From: Planctomycetota bacterium
GTDB taxonomy: Bacteria > Planctomycetota > PLA2 > JAEUHO01
DNA: 64,000 bases
Assembly: GCA_965223505.1 (NCBI GenBank)
Contig: CBDCWP010000031.1
Location: forward strand, 64,001-128,000
Direction: 5' to 3'
Each line of letters begins with the position of its first letter. Within the stretch, counting starts at the first letter, position 1. Below the pieces are notes generated by a model. It had not been told where the DNA came from, made no database searches, and saw nothing but the letters and a program-made list of their open reading frames with translations. Made by a program: the position numbers and the translations under genes. Shown one piece after another: positions 17,420 to 27,109 of this stretch.

Positions 17420-20332
17420 ATGCGGGGAATCAGCCGTTGCTGCATGGTGCTGGGGGTGCTGCTCGCCGGCGCCGCGGCGCCCGCTCCGGTCCGTGCGGAC
17501 GAGCCGCCCGCCGACGCCGACGCGTGGCACGCCGCGGTCGCGCACGCCGCGGCCGCGTTCGACCGGGCGGCGCTCACCGGCCTGGCCCGTGCACCGCGCG
17601 GCGACGCCTGGATCGCGACCGACCGGATGGTCGCCCGCGGCTTCGTGCAGATGGCGGATCACTTCGCCTCGCAGGTGGCGGCGCCCGATGCGGAGGCGCT
17701 GCGTCGCTACTTCCGTGGCGAACCCGAACCCCGACGAGTCGAGCGCGCCGTGCTCGACCAGATCCGCCAGCGGCTCGAGGGCGGCGACGCGTTGGGGGCC
17801 GCGCGTGCGGCTGCGAAGCACGGCGACGGGTTGCCGGATCTCCTTCGCTATCGCTTCCGTTTCATCGAAGCGTGGGCCTGGCGCTTCGCGGGCGAGCTCG
17901 ACGCGGCGCGCAGCGCCTTCGAGGCGGCGGAGACGATTGCGACGCGTCTGGGATGGCTCCAGGCGATGCTGGACAGCGTGACGGGACTGTTCGAGACCGT
18001 CGCGTACGCCGATCGTGCGGCCGCCGAAGCGGCGCTGGTGCGCCGCGGGCAAACCGCGGCGAAGCTCGGGGAGCCTGTGGTGGTTCTCGAGACGCAGGTT
18101 TGGCGCGGCGGCGTCGAGGCGGAGAGCGGACGGATCACGGCAGGCGTTCAGCGCCTTCGAGCCGCGCTCGCCGAGCTGACCGTGCACCAGAAGGACGAGT
18201 ACACGGGCGAGGCGCACGCGACGCTGGCGCAAGCGCTCGTGATGGGGGGGCAGTACGGTCTCGCCTTGAATCACGGCGCGGAGGCCGCGCGGTGCTTCGA
18301 GCGGGCCGAGCACGTCGAGGGGGCGCTGTACGCGCGCGCATCGATCATCGCGGCGTACTCCGATATCGGCCTCGACGAGTCCGTCGCTCGGCTTTGCAAG
18401 GTCCAGGTGGCGCAGGCGCAGGGCGTCGACGCGCAGCTGCTCGCGGACGCGCGCCTTGCGTGGGCGATCTCCGCTGCCCGACTGGGCGATGCGGACCTGG
18501 CGGCGGCGAAATTCGCGGAAGCGCTGGCGTACTTCGACGCACACGACGACCATCGCCAGTCCGCCATCCTCCGCATCAACCGGGCGAGCGAGCTCCACAT
18601 GCCGATTGAGGACTGGGAGGCCGCGGCACGGGATCTCGCCCACGTGCTGGAGAGCGAGGCGATGTCGCGTCGGCTCCAGGGTTATGCACATCTCTTCCTC
18701 GGAGACGTTCACGCCGCGCGCGGCGATGACGAAGCGTCGGGTGACGCGTACCAACGCGCGGAACGGGCGGCGACGGAGACCGGCGATCGCACGCTCAAAG
18801 CGATCGCGCTGGCGGGACTCAGCGAGCGGGCGTTCGATCGCGACGCGACCGAGGCGCTGGATCTCGCCGTTCGCGCGAGTGCCGAGATCCTCGCGGAAGC
18901 CGATCATCTCGCCGACACGGAGGCGGTTTCGTTTCTCGGGCAGGCGGCACCGGTTCGCGCCGCAGCCGCGCGGCTGCGCGCGGCGTTCGCGATCGGTGAC
19001 CCCGCCATCGCGTTCGACACCATCGAAGCCGTGCGTGCGGTTGCCCTGCTGGACAGTCTCGGCGGTGTCGGACAGGTCTATCGCGCCGCCCTGCCGGACG
19101 AGCTCCGCATTGCGCTCGAGCAAGCGCAGCGGCGACTCCGCGATGCGGAAGCCGCTCACGACGCGGAGCTCGCAGGCGACGGGAACTTGAAGCGGCTCGC
19201 GCGCGTCCGCGCGGAGCGGCAGACCGCTCGAACGGTCTTGACGGAGACGCAATCCCGCCTGCAGAGGGAGGCGGCTCGCATTGCGCGCGTGTCTCGCCCT
19301 GCGTTCGTCTCCCACGACGCGCTCCGGGCATGGCTCGCACCGCACGAGGTCTTCGTTCACTACGCCGTCGTCGACGCGTCGCTGCACGCCGTCGTCGTCG
19401 ATCGAGCGGGTGTGCGGTTGCTATCGATCGGCGCCGCCGCCGCCGCGCTCGCGTCGGTCTCGGTGCTCGACACGTACCGGCGTCCACGTCGGGCAGGTGA
19501 GAACGAGCGCAAGCCCGCGACCGTCTTCCGGTCCCTCGCGAACGAGTTGCTCGGCCCGCTCGAACTTGCGCCGACCGTCACCAACGTCATCGTTTCGCCG
19601 TCGGCAGAGATCGCGAATCTCCCGTGGCCCAAGATCGGACGGCACGCCGACGTGGCGTTGACGCTCGCTCCCTCCGCGTCGGTGCTGATGCTGTTGTCGA
19701 ACGACCCCGTGCGCGTTACACGCAAGCGCCTCGTGCTCGCGGATCCCGACTACACCGGCAGGAGCAGGCTCTCACCGCTGCCTCGGTCCGGTGACGAGGG
19801 CCGTGCCGTTGCTCGCGAGACCGACGAGCTGCGATTGGGGGCCGAGGCGTCGGAGTCGACGCTGCGCGACGTGCTTCACGGCCGTGACGAGGCGTGGTCG
19901 GTGGTGCACTTCGCGTGCCACGGCATTGTGAACCGCGAGTGGCCGGCCCTCTCGTCGTTGGCCCTTGCGCAGGATGCCGGGCACGACGGGTTTCTGACCG
20001 GCGCCGAGATCCTGGCGTTGCCGCTCGACGCCGATCTGGTCGTTCTGTCGGCATGCGACACGGGCACGATGACCGCGGTCGCGGGCGAAGGCTATCTGGG
20101 CGTTCCGCGGGCGCTCCTCGCGGCGGGCGCGAGCCGGATCCTCGCCAATCTGTGGCGCGTCGACGACCGGGCCGGCATGGAGCTCATGCGACTCTTCTAC
20201 GCTGCGCTCGAGGCCGGCGCGATGCCGATCGAAGCGCTGCGAAGCGCGCAGGAGGAGCTACCCGCGATCGATGCGAAGTGGGCGGACCCGTACTACTGGG
20301 CGGGATGGGTGTGCTGGGGGTCTCCGCGCTGA
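17420..20332 (+). CDS. CHAT (caspase/HetF-like) protease with TPR-like helical region and apparent signal peptide
   Basis: VHFACHG and LVVLSACDT catalytic dyad, LW.VDD, PYYWAGW C-terminal motif; SD GGAGAGG. Confidence 0.9.
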   Translation: MRGISRCCMVLGVLLAGAAAPAPVRADEPPADADAWHAAVAHAAAAFDRAALTGLARAPRGDAWIATDRMVARGFVQMADHFASQVAAPDAEALRRYFRGEPEPRRVERAVLDQIRQRLEGGDALGAARAAAKHGDGLPDLLRYRFRFIEAWAWRFAGELDAARSAFEAAETIATRLGWLQAMLDSVTGLFETVAYADRAAAEAALVRRGQTAAKLGEPVVVLETQVWRGGVEAESGRITAGVQRLRAALAELTVHQKDEYTGEAHATLAQALVMGGQYGLALNHGAEAARCFERAEHVEGALYARASIIAAYSDIGLDESVARLCKVQVAQAQGVDAQLLADARLAWAISAARLGDADLAAAKFAEALAYFDAHDDHRQSAILRINRASELHMPIEDWEAAARDLAHVLESEAMSRRLQGYAHLFLGDVHAARGDDEASGDAYQRAERAATETGDRTLKAIALAGLSERAFDRDATEALDLAVRASAEILAEADHLADTEAVSFLGQAAPVRAAAARLRAAFAIGDPAIAFDTIEAVRAVALLDSLGGVGQVYRAALPDELRIALEQAQRRLRDAEAAHDAELAGDGNLKRLARVRAERQTARTVLTETQSRLQREAARIARVSRPAFVSHDALRAWLAPHEVFVHYAVVDASLHAVVVDRAGVRLLSIGAAAAALASVSVLDTYRRPRRAGENERKPATVFRSLANELLGPLELAPTVTNVIVSPSAEIANLPWPKIGRHADVALTLAPSASVLMLLSNDPVRVTRKRLVLADPDYTGRSRLSPLPRSGDEGRAVARETDELRLGAEASESTLRDVLHGRDEAWSVVHFACHGIVNREWPALSSLALAQDAGHDGFLTGAEILALPLDADLVVLSACDTGTMTAVAGEGYLGVPRALLAAGASRILANLWRVDDRAGMELMRLFYAALEAGAMPIEALRSAQEELPAIDAKWADPYYWAGWVCWGSPR

Positions 20333-20350
20333 TCGCGAAGCGGCCGACCG

Positions 20351-21007
20351 CTACGGCACGGCAGTGGTCTTCGACTTCTGCTTGAATTTCACCTCGAACG
20401 CGCCGTCCCGATACGGGTAGTAGCAATCGGCCGTGTACTCGCCGGGAGAGGGGCCGTTCTTCATCACGATGACGATGTCCTCGTGAAAGCTCTCTTCCGT
20501 GCCCACAGCCGGGTTGACCGTGACCGCGTCCACCGTCATCTCCTCCCATCCGGGCGTGGACCGTTCGATGAACATCTTGAGCTCGATCTTCCACGCGTAA
20601 CCGGACCAAGGCATGTCGAGGTCGATCAGACGAAACGACGTATCCGTGTTGACCGCCGCGCACTCGAGGGGGCCGTTCGTCACGGACTGCTCGTTGTCGC
20701 CGTAGATCTCGTCGACCCCGCCCGGCGTCGGCCTGACGGTCATGACGACGCTTTGCGCGGCACCAAACTTCACCTTCCGGTCGGACTTGTTGAGGAAGCG
20801 TATGCGTGTCGGCGGCGGGTTCGGATCTCCCTCGAGGCCCACGAACTCCTCGAGGCTGGAGATTCGCATCTCCATGTCGTCGATGCGCGCATCCGGCGGC
20901 TCTTCACCTCGCTTCCTGACCTTCGGCGCGTCCTCGTCGCCTTCCTCGCATGCGCCGAGAAGCGCTCCGAGCGCGATGCACAAAACCACTGCGACATGTC
21001 TGGTCAT
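20351..21007 (-). CDS. Lipoprotein of unknown function (paralog of 22838-23398)
   Basis: Lipobox LLGAC; PTRIRFLNKSDRKVKF motif; SD GAGGAG. Confidence 0.75.
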   Translation of the reverse strand: MTRHVAVVLCIALGALLGACEEGDEDAPKVRKRGEEPPDARIDDMEMRISSLEEFVGLEGDPNPPPTRIRFLNKSDRKVKFGAAQSVVMTVRPTPGGVDEIYGDNEQSVTNGPLECAAVNTDTSFRLIDLDMPWSGYAWKIELKMFIERSTPGWEEMTVDAVTVNPAVGTEESFHEDIVIVMKNGPSPGEYTADCYYPYRDGAFEVKFKQKSKTTAVP

Positions 21008-21020
21008 CCGTCTCTCCTCG

Positions 21021-22754
21021 CTATTGAACGATGTTGATCCCGACCTGTGTGTCCTGGTGCGAAAGCCACGCGACGTCATTGTCGTCCGTCTGGTCGCGCC
21101 CGGGATGCGTCGCTCGCCATTCCAGGCGAAATCCGTTCCCGTGCATGTCGCGCGGGATGCGGATTTGGTAGGAAGCCGCGATCCAGGTGGCGATCGGATC
21201 CCGAAAGTGATAGCGGCCCACCACCCGCGGTGCGTGGCCTCGCTTCGTGAGTGTGAACGTGAGGAGGGCCTTGCGGATCGGGACCGTCCCGCGATTCTCG
21301 ACCTGGATCCCGACGATCTTCAGCTTCTCGCCCGCGGTCACTCGGACTTGATTCGCGTTCCGGTGACCTTCGACATGTGCGCGGATGGGAAGGCACCTGG
21401 AACCCGGCCAGACGTGGCACCCTGCGACGGTCGCCAGGTCGCAGAACCTCCGGATTTTCCAATCGCCGCGCTCGGGCGGCTGCTCGGCCAGGAAGTGACG
21501 GATGCACGCATAGTCGGCGGCGCGCGCATAGTCGGCGCCGGTGTCGCCCGGGGGGACGTAGACCGACGTGCGCGCCACCATGATCGTCAGGGCGCCGCAC
21601 TCGTGGCCGTGGAGCAGCGCGTGGCCCAGCTCGTGGGTGATCGTCCGTTCCCGATTCGACGGCCGAACGCGCCCCTTGATCAGAACGTCGGCCTCGACGA
21701 ACCGTCCCGTCTCCGCGTCGACCCACAGATAGCACTTGCCCTCGTTCGAGCCCAATCGGTACGGCCCCGTGGTCACCTCCTGGCCCAGGATCACGATGCC
21801 CGACCGGCTGTCCTGCATGAACGCAGGATGCGTACCGTCCCCCGGCGACTCCGTCGAGAACGTGAGCGGCGGACTTCCACCCACCGTTGCGACGTGATTC
21901 CACGCACGGAACCCTGCGGCCACCTCCTCGCGCAGCCCGGCTTCCGTGTTCTTCAGATGGAACTCGATACCGCGGTCCAGCCAGGGGACGACGCCCTCTG
22001 ACTCCGACTGGTCGATGCAAGAGCTGTTGCAGCTCATGCTCTGCGTCGCGAAGGGGTTGACGAACGAGCTCGTCGTCTCGCGCTGAATGCAGTTGCAGAC
22101 GAGCGACGCCGACACCGTCGAGATGGCCGTCGGCTCGTGTTCGACCGGAGACGCGAAGAGTCCCTCCTCGCCGAAAGGCAGCTTCGACTGAGGGGGCGGC
22201 GGTTCGACGCACACGCGGCGCTTGCGATGCAGCGTCGGCTCCAACGCCGACAAGGCACGGTGAATTCGTCCGTCCGCGTCGAGGCCGAGCCGGAATCCCT
22301 CTTCGTCGCTCATGCGACCGGTTTCGGAGACCGCGTAGACGCCGTCGAGCACGTTCTGATTCTCGGCGGCGTTGGTGAGGACCACGTAGCGTCGCTTCGG
22401 CTCGAGGCGGACCGTGCCCTTGCTCGGGATCAGCTCGAGGCCGTTGGGCGCGCGGCCCCCTTCGACGTAGAACGTGAACGACGACGCGCCGGGCGTGTCC
22501 GGCTTCAGCCAGTGCGTTTCGTCCATCTCGTAGCGCGTCGCCGGAAGCCCCAGCGGGCTCTCGCTCTCGAACGTCACGCGCCGAACGCGGCCGCGGACCA
22601 CGGCGTTCGCCGACCGAAACGCGGCTCGAATCTCGCGCTCGGCCGCGGTGAGGCGATCGGACGAGGACTTCTCGTCCGCCAGCGCCGTGCCGAAGCCGAG
22701 CAAGAGCAGCGCCACGAGCGCCGTCCGTGAGAACAAGTCACACCTCCCAATCAT
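21021..22754 (-). CDS. Secreted zinc metalloprotease (metzincin/matrixin-like) with N-terminal beta domain and C-terminal Ig/CARDB-like domain
   Basis: Signal peptide; GFRAWNHV; EADVLI; THELGHALLHGH zinc motif; TIM Met-turn; VENRG...DDND tail. Confidence 0.8.
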   Translation of the reverse strand: MIGRCDLFSRTALVALLLLGFGTALADEKSSSDRLTAAEREIRAAFRSANAVVRGRVRRVTFESESPLGLPATRYEMDETHWLKPDTPGASSFTFYVEGGRAPNGLELIPSKGTVRLEPKRRYVVLTNAAENQNVLDGVYAVSETGRMSDEEGFRLGLDADGRIHRALSALEPTLHRKRRVCVEPPPPQSKLPFGEEGLFASPVEHEPTAISTVSASLVCNCIQRETTSSFVNPFATQSMSCNSSCIDQSESEGVVPWLDRGIEFHLKNTEAGLREEVAAGFRAWNHVATVGGSPPLTFSTESPGDGTHPAFMQDSRSGIVILGQEVTTGPYRLGSNEGKCYLWVDAETGRFVEADVLIKGRVRPSNRERTITHELGHALLHGHECGALTIMVARTSVYVPPGDTGADYARAADYACIRHFLAEQPPERGDWKIRRFCDLATVAGCHVWPGSRCLPIRAHVEGHRNANQVRVTAGEKLKIVGIQVENRGTVPIRKALLTFTLTKRGHAPRVVGRYHFRDPIATWIAASYQIRIPRDMHGNGFRLEWRATHPGRDQTDDNDVAWLSHQDTQVGINIVQ

Positions 22755-22837
22755 CCCGCCGTACGCCAATAGCCGGTCGGACAGGTTATCTGAGAGCGTG
22801 GATCGACCGCAAGTCGCCGAGTCCGCAGCGGTTCTCG

Positions 22838-23398
22838 CTACGGCACGTCCTCCAGGGTCGCCTGCTGGTAGTGCCACAACTCGTCCGGTTCGTCGTCGTC
22901 CTTGTCGTACGTGAAGTAGCAGCGCGCCGTGTAGTCGTCGCCGTCGTTCTCCAGGAAGATGAAGATGTCGCGCACGAAGCTCTCTTGTCCCACGTCGGAT
23001 GCATCGCACTCGGCCGACGGCACGTCGAGAGGCACGAAGGTGTTCGCTGTGCTCGTCTCGATCCAGAGCTTGAGGGTGACCCGGCTGGTGTAGACGTTCT
23101 CCTCGGCGAAGTCGAGGGTGCAGTCGTTGTCGCACACGTAGGACCGATCGAGCGGGTAGTACGGTGAGTCGGGATCCGCTCTGGCGGCTCGCACCATCAT
23201 CACGACGCTTCGCTCGCCGTCGACGTGACTGAATTTCACACGCCGATCCGACTTGTTGAGGAAGCGAATCCTCGTCGGCGCCGGTCGGTTACGACGCTCT
23301 GCGCTCTTCGCGCCGTCACCGGCGTCCTTTGCCTTCTCACCGCACCCCGCCAGGGGGAAGAGCGAACACAGGACGAAGCAAGCGAGTCGTAGCAGCAT
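22838..23398 (-). CDS. Lipoprotein of unknown function (paralog of 20351-21007)
   Basis: Lipobox LAGC; PTRIRFLNKSDRRVKF motif; SD GGGAGG. Confidence 0.75.
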   Translation of the reverse strand: MLLRLACFVLCSLFPLAGCGEKAKDAGDGAKSAERRNRPAPTRIRFLNKSDRRVKFSHVDGERSVVMMVRAARADPDSPYYPLDRSYVCDNDCTLDFAEENVYTSRVTLKLWIETSTANTFVPLDVPSAECDASDVGQESFVRDIFIFLENDGDDYTARCYFTYDKDDDEPDELWHYQQATLEDVP

Positions 23399-23531
23399 GC
23401 GCCTCCCGTCGTAGGGGGTGCCCCTTCAGGCGCAGTACCGCCCCCGACCTGTCTCGAAAAACACGTGCGCAGGATCCTATGCCCGCGGGTGCAAACGATG
23501 CAAGGCGCCCGATGCGGGCCGCGCCCGTCTG

Positions 23532-24875
23532 CTACGAATTGTCGGCCGCGGCGCGGATCGCGTCTCGAAGCGCCCGCTCGCTCTGCTGGCCCATCAGCCG
23601 GCGCCGGCCGATGTCGAACGTCGGCAGGCCCTTCAAACGCGCCTTGCGCGCGAGCTTGCGGTCACGCACGAGCTCCGCCGGCGGCGTCTTCTCGTTGACG
23701 AACTGCTGGAGCGCCCTCGCGTCCAGGCCCACGCGGCGGGCCGCGCGGAACACTTCGCTGCGCTTCTGCGACTTCGTCTCCATGAGCGCACGGAAGAGCT
23801 CCTCTTCCTTGCCGACCTGCCTCGCGTACATGCAAGCTCGCGCCCAGAGCGGATACTCGTCCGAAGACCAGGTGTAGATCCGCCGACGCTTGACCTCGAC
23901 GTTCAGCTCCGCGAGCACCTTGTCGAGCCTTTGGTGCGACTTGCGGCAGTGCGGGCAGTACGCATTCAGGTACTCGACGATCAGCACCCGGGGTTGCGGC
24001 TTCGGCGCCGGCTCGGGGTCCGGTTTCGGCGCCGGCGTCGTTGCCGGAGCAGGCGTCGGCGGCGGCGGCGGCTCGGGCGTGATCTCGATCGCAACGACCG
24101 GCTCGTCGGGCTCCGGGTTGACGAGCAGCGCGGCGGCCGCCTCGCTGGTTTCAGGGTCGTCGTCGTCGAGCGCCGGCGGAGGCGGTGGAGGCGGCGGTGC
24201 AGGGAGCGAGGCCGTCGATGGCTCGACCACGGCGTTCGTCGGGGACTCGAGGGCCGCCGGCGCTTCCGCCAACTTGCGCTGCGGCGAGGCCGCGCGCACG
24301 AGGATCTCGAGCGGTTCGAGGTCCTCGTCGGCCAACGGGACCGCCTCCTCGTACGTGGGCACCTCCTCTTGCGGCATCGCGAACGGCGCGACGCACACCA
24401 CGAAGCCCAGCATCGTCCAGGCGATCTTGCTGCCGATCGACTCGCGATCATGCCAGTCGTAGACCGGGCGCGACACGGCGTTCAGCACGATGATGCCGCC
24501 GCCGACGATGGCCGCCACGTCGACGACGACGCACAGCGGACAGAACGACTTCAGTACGAACGCCTGGTAGAGAAAGAGCGCCGTGCCGACGGCGACGCAA
24601 AGGCAGCCGCCTGCGGCGCGCAGCGTCCGTCCCAGTCCGCGGGACGGCAGCGTCAGCAACAGCAGGACCGCGAACGCGCTCGCCCCCAGGATCGATGTGG
24701 GGATGCCCGCTACCGATCCGAGCGGGCTCTCCGCCGCCTTGTCACACGCCTCTTCGAGTGGACAGAACGAGGGACCGGGCCGGAAGTGGTCGGCCACGAG
24801 GACCGCGCTGACGCCCAGCGCGACCAACACGGAGATTCGAGCGTAGACGATCAGCTGCGAAAGGGGGGATCGCAT
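23532..24875 (-). CDS. VKOR-family membrane oxidoreductase fused to a DsbA-like thioredoxin domain
   Basis: Loop cysteines FC.....C, G+P.S.LG, FCPLC, Pro/Glu-rich linker, EYLNAYCPHC, GLPTF cis-Pro loop. Confidence 0.88.
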   Translation of the reverse strand: MRSPLSQLIVYARISVLVALGVSAVLVADHFRPGPSFCPLEEACDKAAESPLGSVAGIPTSILGASAFAVLLLLTLPSRGLGRTLRAAGGCLCVAVGTALFLYQAFVLKSFCPLCVVVDVAAIVGGGIIVLNAVSRPVYDWHDRESIGSKIAWTMLGFVVCVAPFAMPQEEVPTYEEAVPLADEDLEPLEILVRAASPQRKLAEAPAALESPTNAVVEPSTASLPAPPPPPPPPALDDDDPETSEAAAALLVNPEPDEPVVAIEITPEPPPPPTPAPATTPAPKPDPEPAPKPQPRVLIVEYLNAYCPHCRKSHQRLDKVLAELNVEVKRRRIYTWSSDEYPLWARACMYARQVGKEEELFRALMETKSQKRSEVFRAARRVGLDARALQQFVNEKTPPAELVRDRKLARKARLKGLPTFDIGRRRLMGQQSERALRDAIRAAADNS

Positions 24876-24993
24876 GGTGATTCCAGACTTCCACGGCTGG
24901 AGCGCCTGCCGCACGCCCCTCCCAGAGCCTCCCAGGCCCGCCTCATCATCGACCGGAGGCCGATCTGAACTTGAGCTTCATCACCGAGACGCT

Positions 24994-26757
24994 CTAGCGG
25001 GCGGCAGTCCGCTTCGCCTCCAGCGCCTCCCAACGCCCGTAGGACGCGGCGACCTCGCGTTCGAGCTGCTCCAGCCGGGACTTGGCCTCCGCGATCACCG
25101 CGCCGTCGCGGCGGAAGAAAGCCGGATCGGCCATCTCGTCGTGCAGCGCCGCCACCGCCGACTCCAGCGCCTCGATGCGGGCGGGCAGGTCGCGCAGCTC
25201 CCTCTTCTCGGATCGATCCAGCGGCGATACGGGCCGGGGGCTGCTCTTGCGTTCGCGCTTGCTGCGCCGCGGTCGCTCCGGGTCCGTCGATTTGCGTTGC
25301 GCGAGCCAGTCCGTGTACCCGCCAGCAAACTCGTTGACGACGCCGTCTCCCTCGAGCACCAGCGTGCTCGTCACGACGTGATCCAGAAGCTCGCGATCGT
25401 GGCTCACGACCAGTACCGTGCCCGCGTACTCGGCAAGCAGCGCCTCGAGCACCTCGAGGGTCTCGACATCCAAGTCGTTGGTCGGCTCGTCGAGCACCAG
25501 CACGTTGGACGGTCGCGCGAACAGACGGGCCAGCAAGAGCCGGTTGCGCTCGCCGCCCGAGAACAGCCGCACGGGGCTGCGCGCTTGATCCGCGGAGAAG
25601 AGGAAGTTGCGCAAGTACCCGATCACGTGGAGCTGGCGACCGTTGACCAAAACCGTCGACGCGCCGTCTCCCACGTTCTCGATGGCGGTTGCGTTCTCAT
25701 CGAGCGTTCGGTGCAGCTGATCGAAGTAAGCGATCTTCAGATTCGTTCCATGGCGAATCGTGCCCGCGTCGGGCGCGAGCTCGCCGAGCAGGAGCCGCAA
25801 GAGCGTCGTCTTGCCGGAGCCGTTGGGGCCGATGACGCCCACGCGCTCACCGCGCATGATCGTCGTCGAGAGATCGCGCGCGATCGCCTGTCCTTCCCAG
25901 TCGAAGGAGACCCCTTTGGCCTGCAGGACGAGGCGGCCCGAGCGCTCGGCGCTCTGCGCCGTGATGCGGACGGTTCCTTCGACATCGCGGCGCGCGCTGC
26001 GTTCCGTACGCATCTCGCCGAGTCGCTTGACGCGGCCCTGGTTGCGCTTGCGGCGCTCCCGAACGCCGCGCCGAATCCACACCTCTTCCTCGGCCAACTT
26101 CTTGTCGAACTGTGCTTCGCTGCGCGACGCCGCCTCGAGGGCCGCCTGCTTGCGGTCCACGTACCGGTCGTAGTCCGCGTCGAAACGCGTCAGGTGTCCG
26201 CGATCGATGTCCAGGATGCCCGTGGCGAGCGCGCGCAAGAAGGCGCGATCGTGCGTGACGAACAGGAGCGTGGTCGCCTGTCGCCGCAGGAAGTCCTCGA
26301 GCCAGGCGATCGACGCGACGTCGAGATGGTTGGTCGGCTCGTCGAGCAGGAGCAGGTCCGGCTCCATCGCGACGGCTCGCGCCAGCAGCGTCCGTCGCCG
26401 CAAACCCGCCGAGAGGTCGCTGAAGTTGGCATCCGGGTCGAGACCGATGCGCGAGACGGCCGTGTGCGCGGCTCGTTCGTCGGCGCCGCCGGCGAGCACG
26501 ACGTCCAGCACGCTCCCGGCCATGCCAGCGGGCACGTCCTGCTCGAGCGTGGCGACGCGCAAGCCGGACGATCGAACGACCTCGCCCTCGTCGGGCTCCG
26601 TCACGCCCTGGATGACCTTCAGCAGCGTCGTCTTGCCGCTGCCGTTGCGTCCGAGCAGGCAGAGCCGTTCCTTGCGCTCGATGACGAGATCGACGCCGGC
26701 GAGGACGGGCGGGCCGCCGAAGGCGACGACGACGTTGCTGAGCTGGAGAAGCGGCAC
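24994..26757 (-). CDS. uup: ABC-F family ATPase (Uup-like)
   Basis: Two ABC domains (GRNGSGKTT, LLDEPTNHLD; GPNGSGKTT, SGGERNRL), EEVWIRRG..RR.RN.GRV linker, C-terminal coiled coil. Confidence 0.9.
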   Translation of the reverse strand: MPLLQLSNVVVAFGGPPVLAGVDLVIERKERLCLLGRNGSGKTTLLKVIQGVTEPDEGEVVRSSGLRVATLEQDVPAGMAGSVLDVVLAGGADERAAHTAVSRIGLDPDANFSDLSAGLRRRTLLARAVAMEPDLLLLDEPTNHLDVASIAWLEDFLRRQATTLLFVTHDRAFLRALATGILDIDRGHLTRFDADYDRYVDRKQAALEAASRSEAQFDKKLAEEEVWIRRGVRERRKRNQGRVKRLGEMRTERSARRDVEGTVRITAQSAERSGRLVLQAKGVSFDWEGQAIARDLSTTIMRGERVGVIGPNGSGKTTLLRLLLGELAPDAGTIRHGTNLKIAYFDQLHRTLDENATAIENVGDGASTVLVNGRQLHVIGYLRNFLFSADQARSPVRLFSGGERNRLLLARLFARPSNVLVLDEPTNDLDVETLEVLEALLAEYAGTVLVVSHDRELLDHVVTSTLVLEGDGVVNEFAGGYTDWLAQRKSTDPERPRRSKRERKSSPRPVSPLDRSEKRELRDLPARIEALESAVAALHDEMADPAFFRRDGAVIAEAKSRLEQLEREVAASYGRWEALEAKRTAAR

Positions 26758-26791
26758 CCGCGTAGCTTCGCAGACGAACCGCTCGAGACCG

Positions 26792-27109
26792 TCAGGCGTC
26801 CCAGAGCGACGACGCGGCGACGCGCCGCCGGTCGTCGAACACGACACCCTCGGCTTCGAGGATGAGGCGCTGGAGACGCTCGCCGGCGGGATCGCCTCTG
26901 TCGCTGATCCGGCGCTGGGCGTTCACGATGCGATGCCAAGGAACGCCGGAGTCCTCGGAGAGCCGTCGAAGCGCGGCGCCGACCATCCGTGCCGTACAGC
27001 CGTGCACCTGTGCGGCGATCTGACCGTAGGTCGCGACGCGTCCTTCAGGTACGGCGCAGACGGCCTCGTGGATGCGCGCATCGAGCCACGGAAGTCGCGA
27101 CGAGCCCAT
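26792..27109 (-). CDS. atl: Alkyltransferase-like protein (MGMT family, Trp variant)
   Basis: VPEGRVATYGQIA, ARMVG.AL, PWHRIVN (Trp replaces catalytic Cys), Q...L.AEGV. Confidence 0.88.
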   Translation of the reverse strand: MGSSRLPWLDARIHEAVCAVPEGRVATYGQIAAQVHGCTARMVGAALRRLSEDSGVPWHRIVNAQRRISDRGDPAGERLQRLILEAEGVVFDDRRRVAASSLWDA

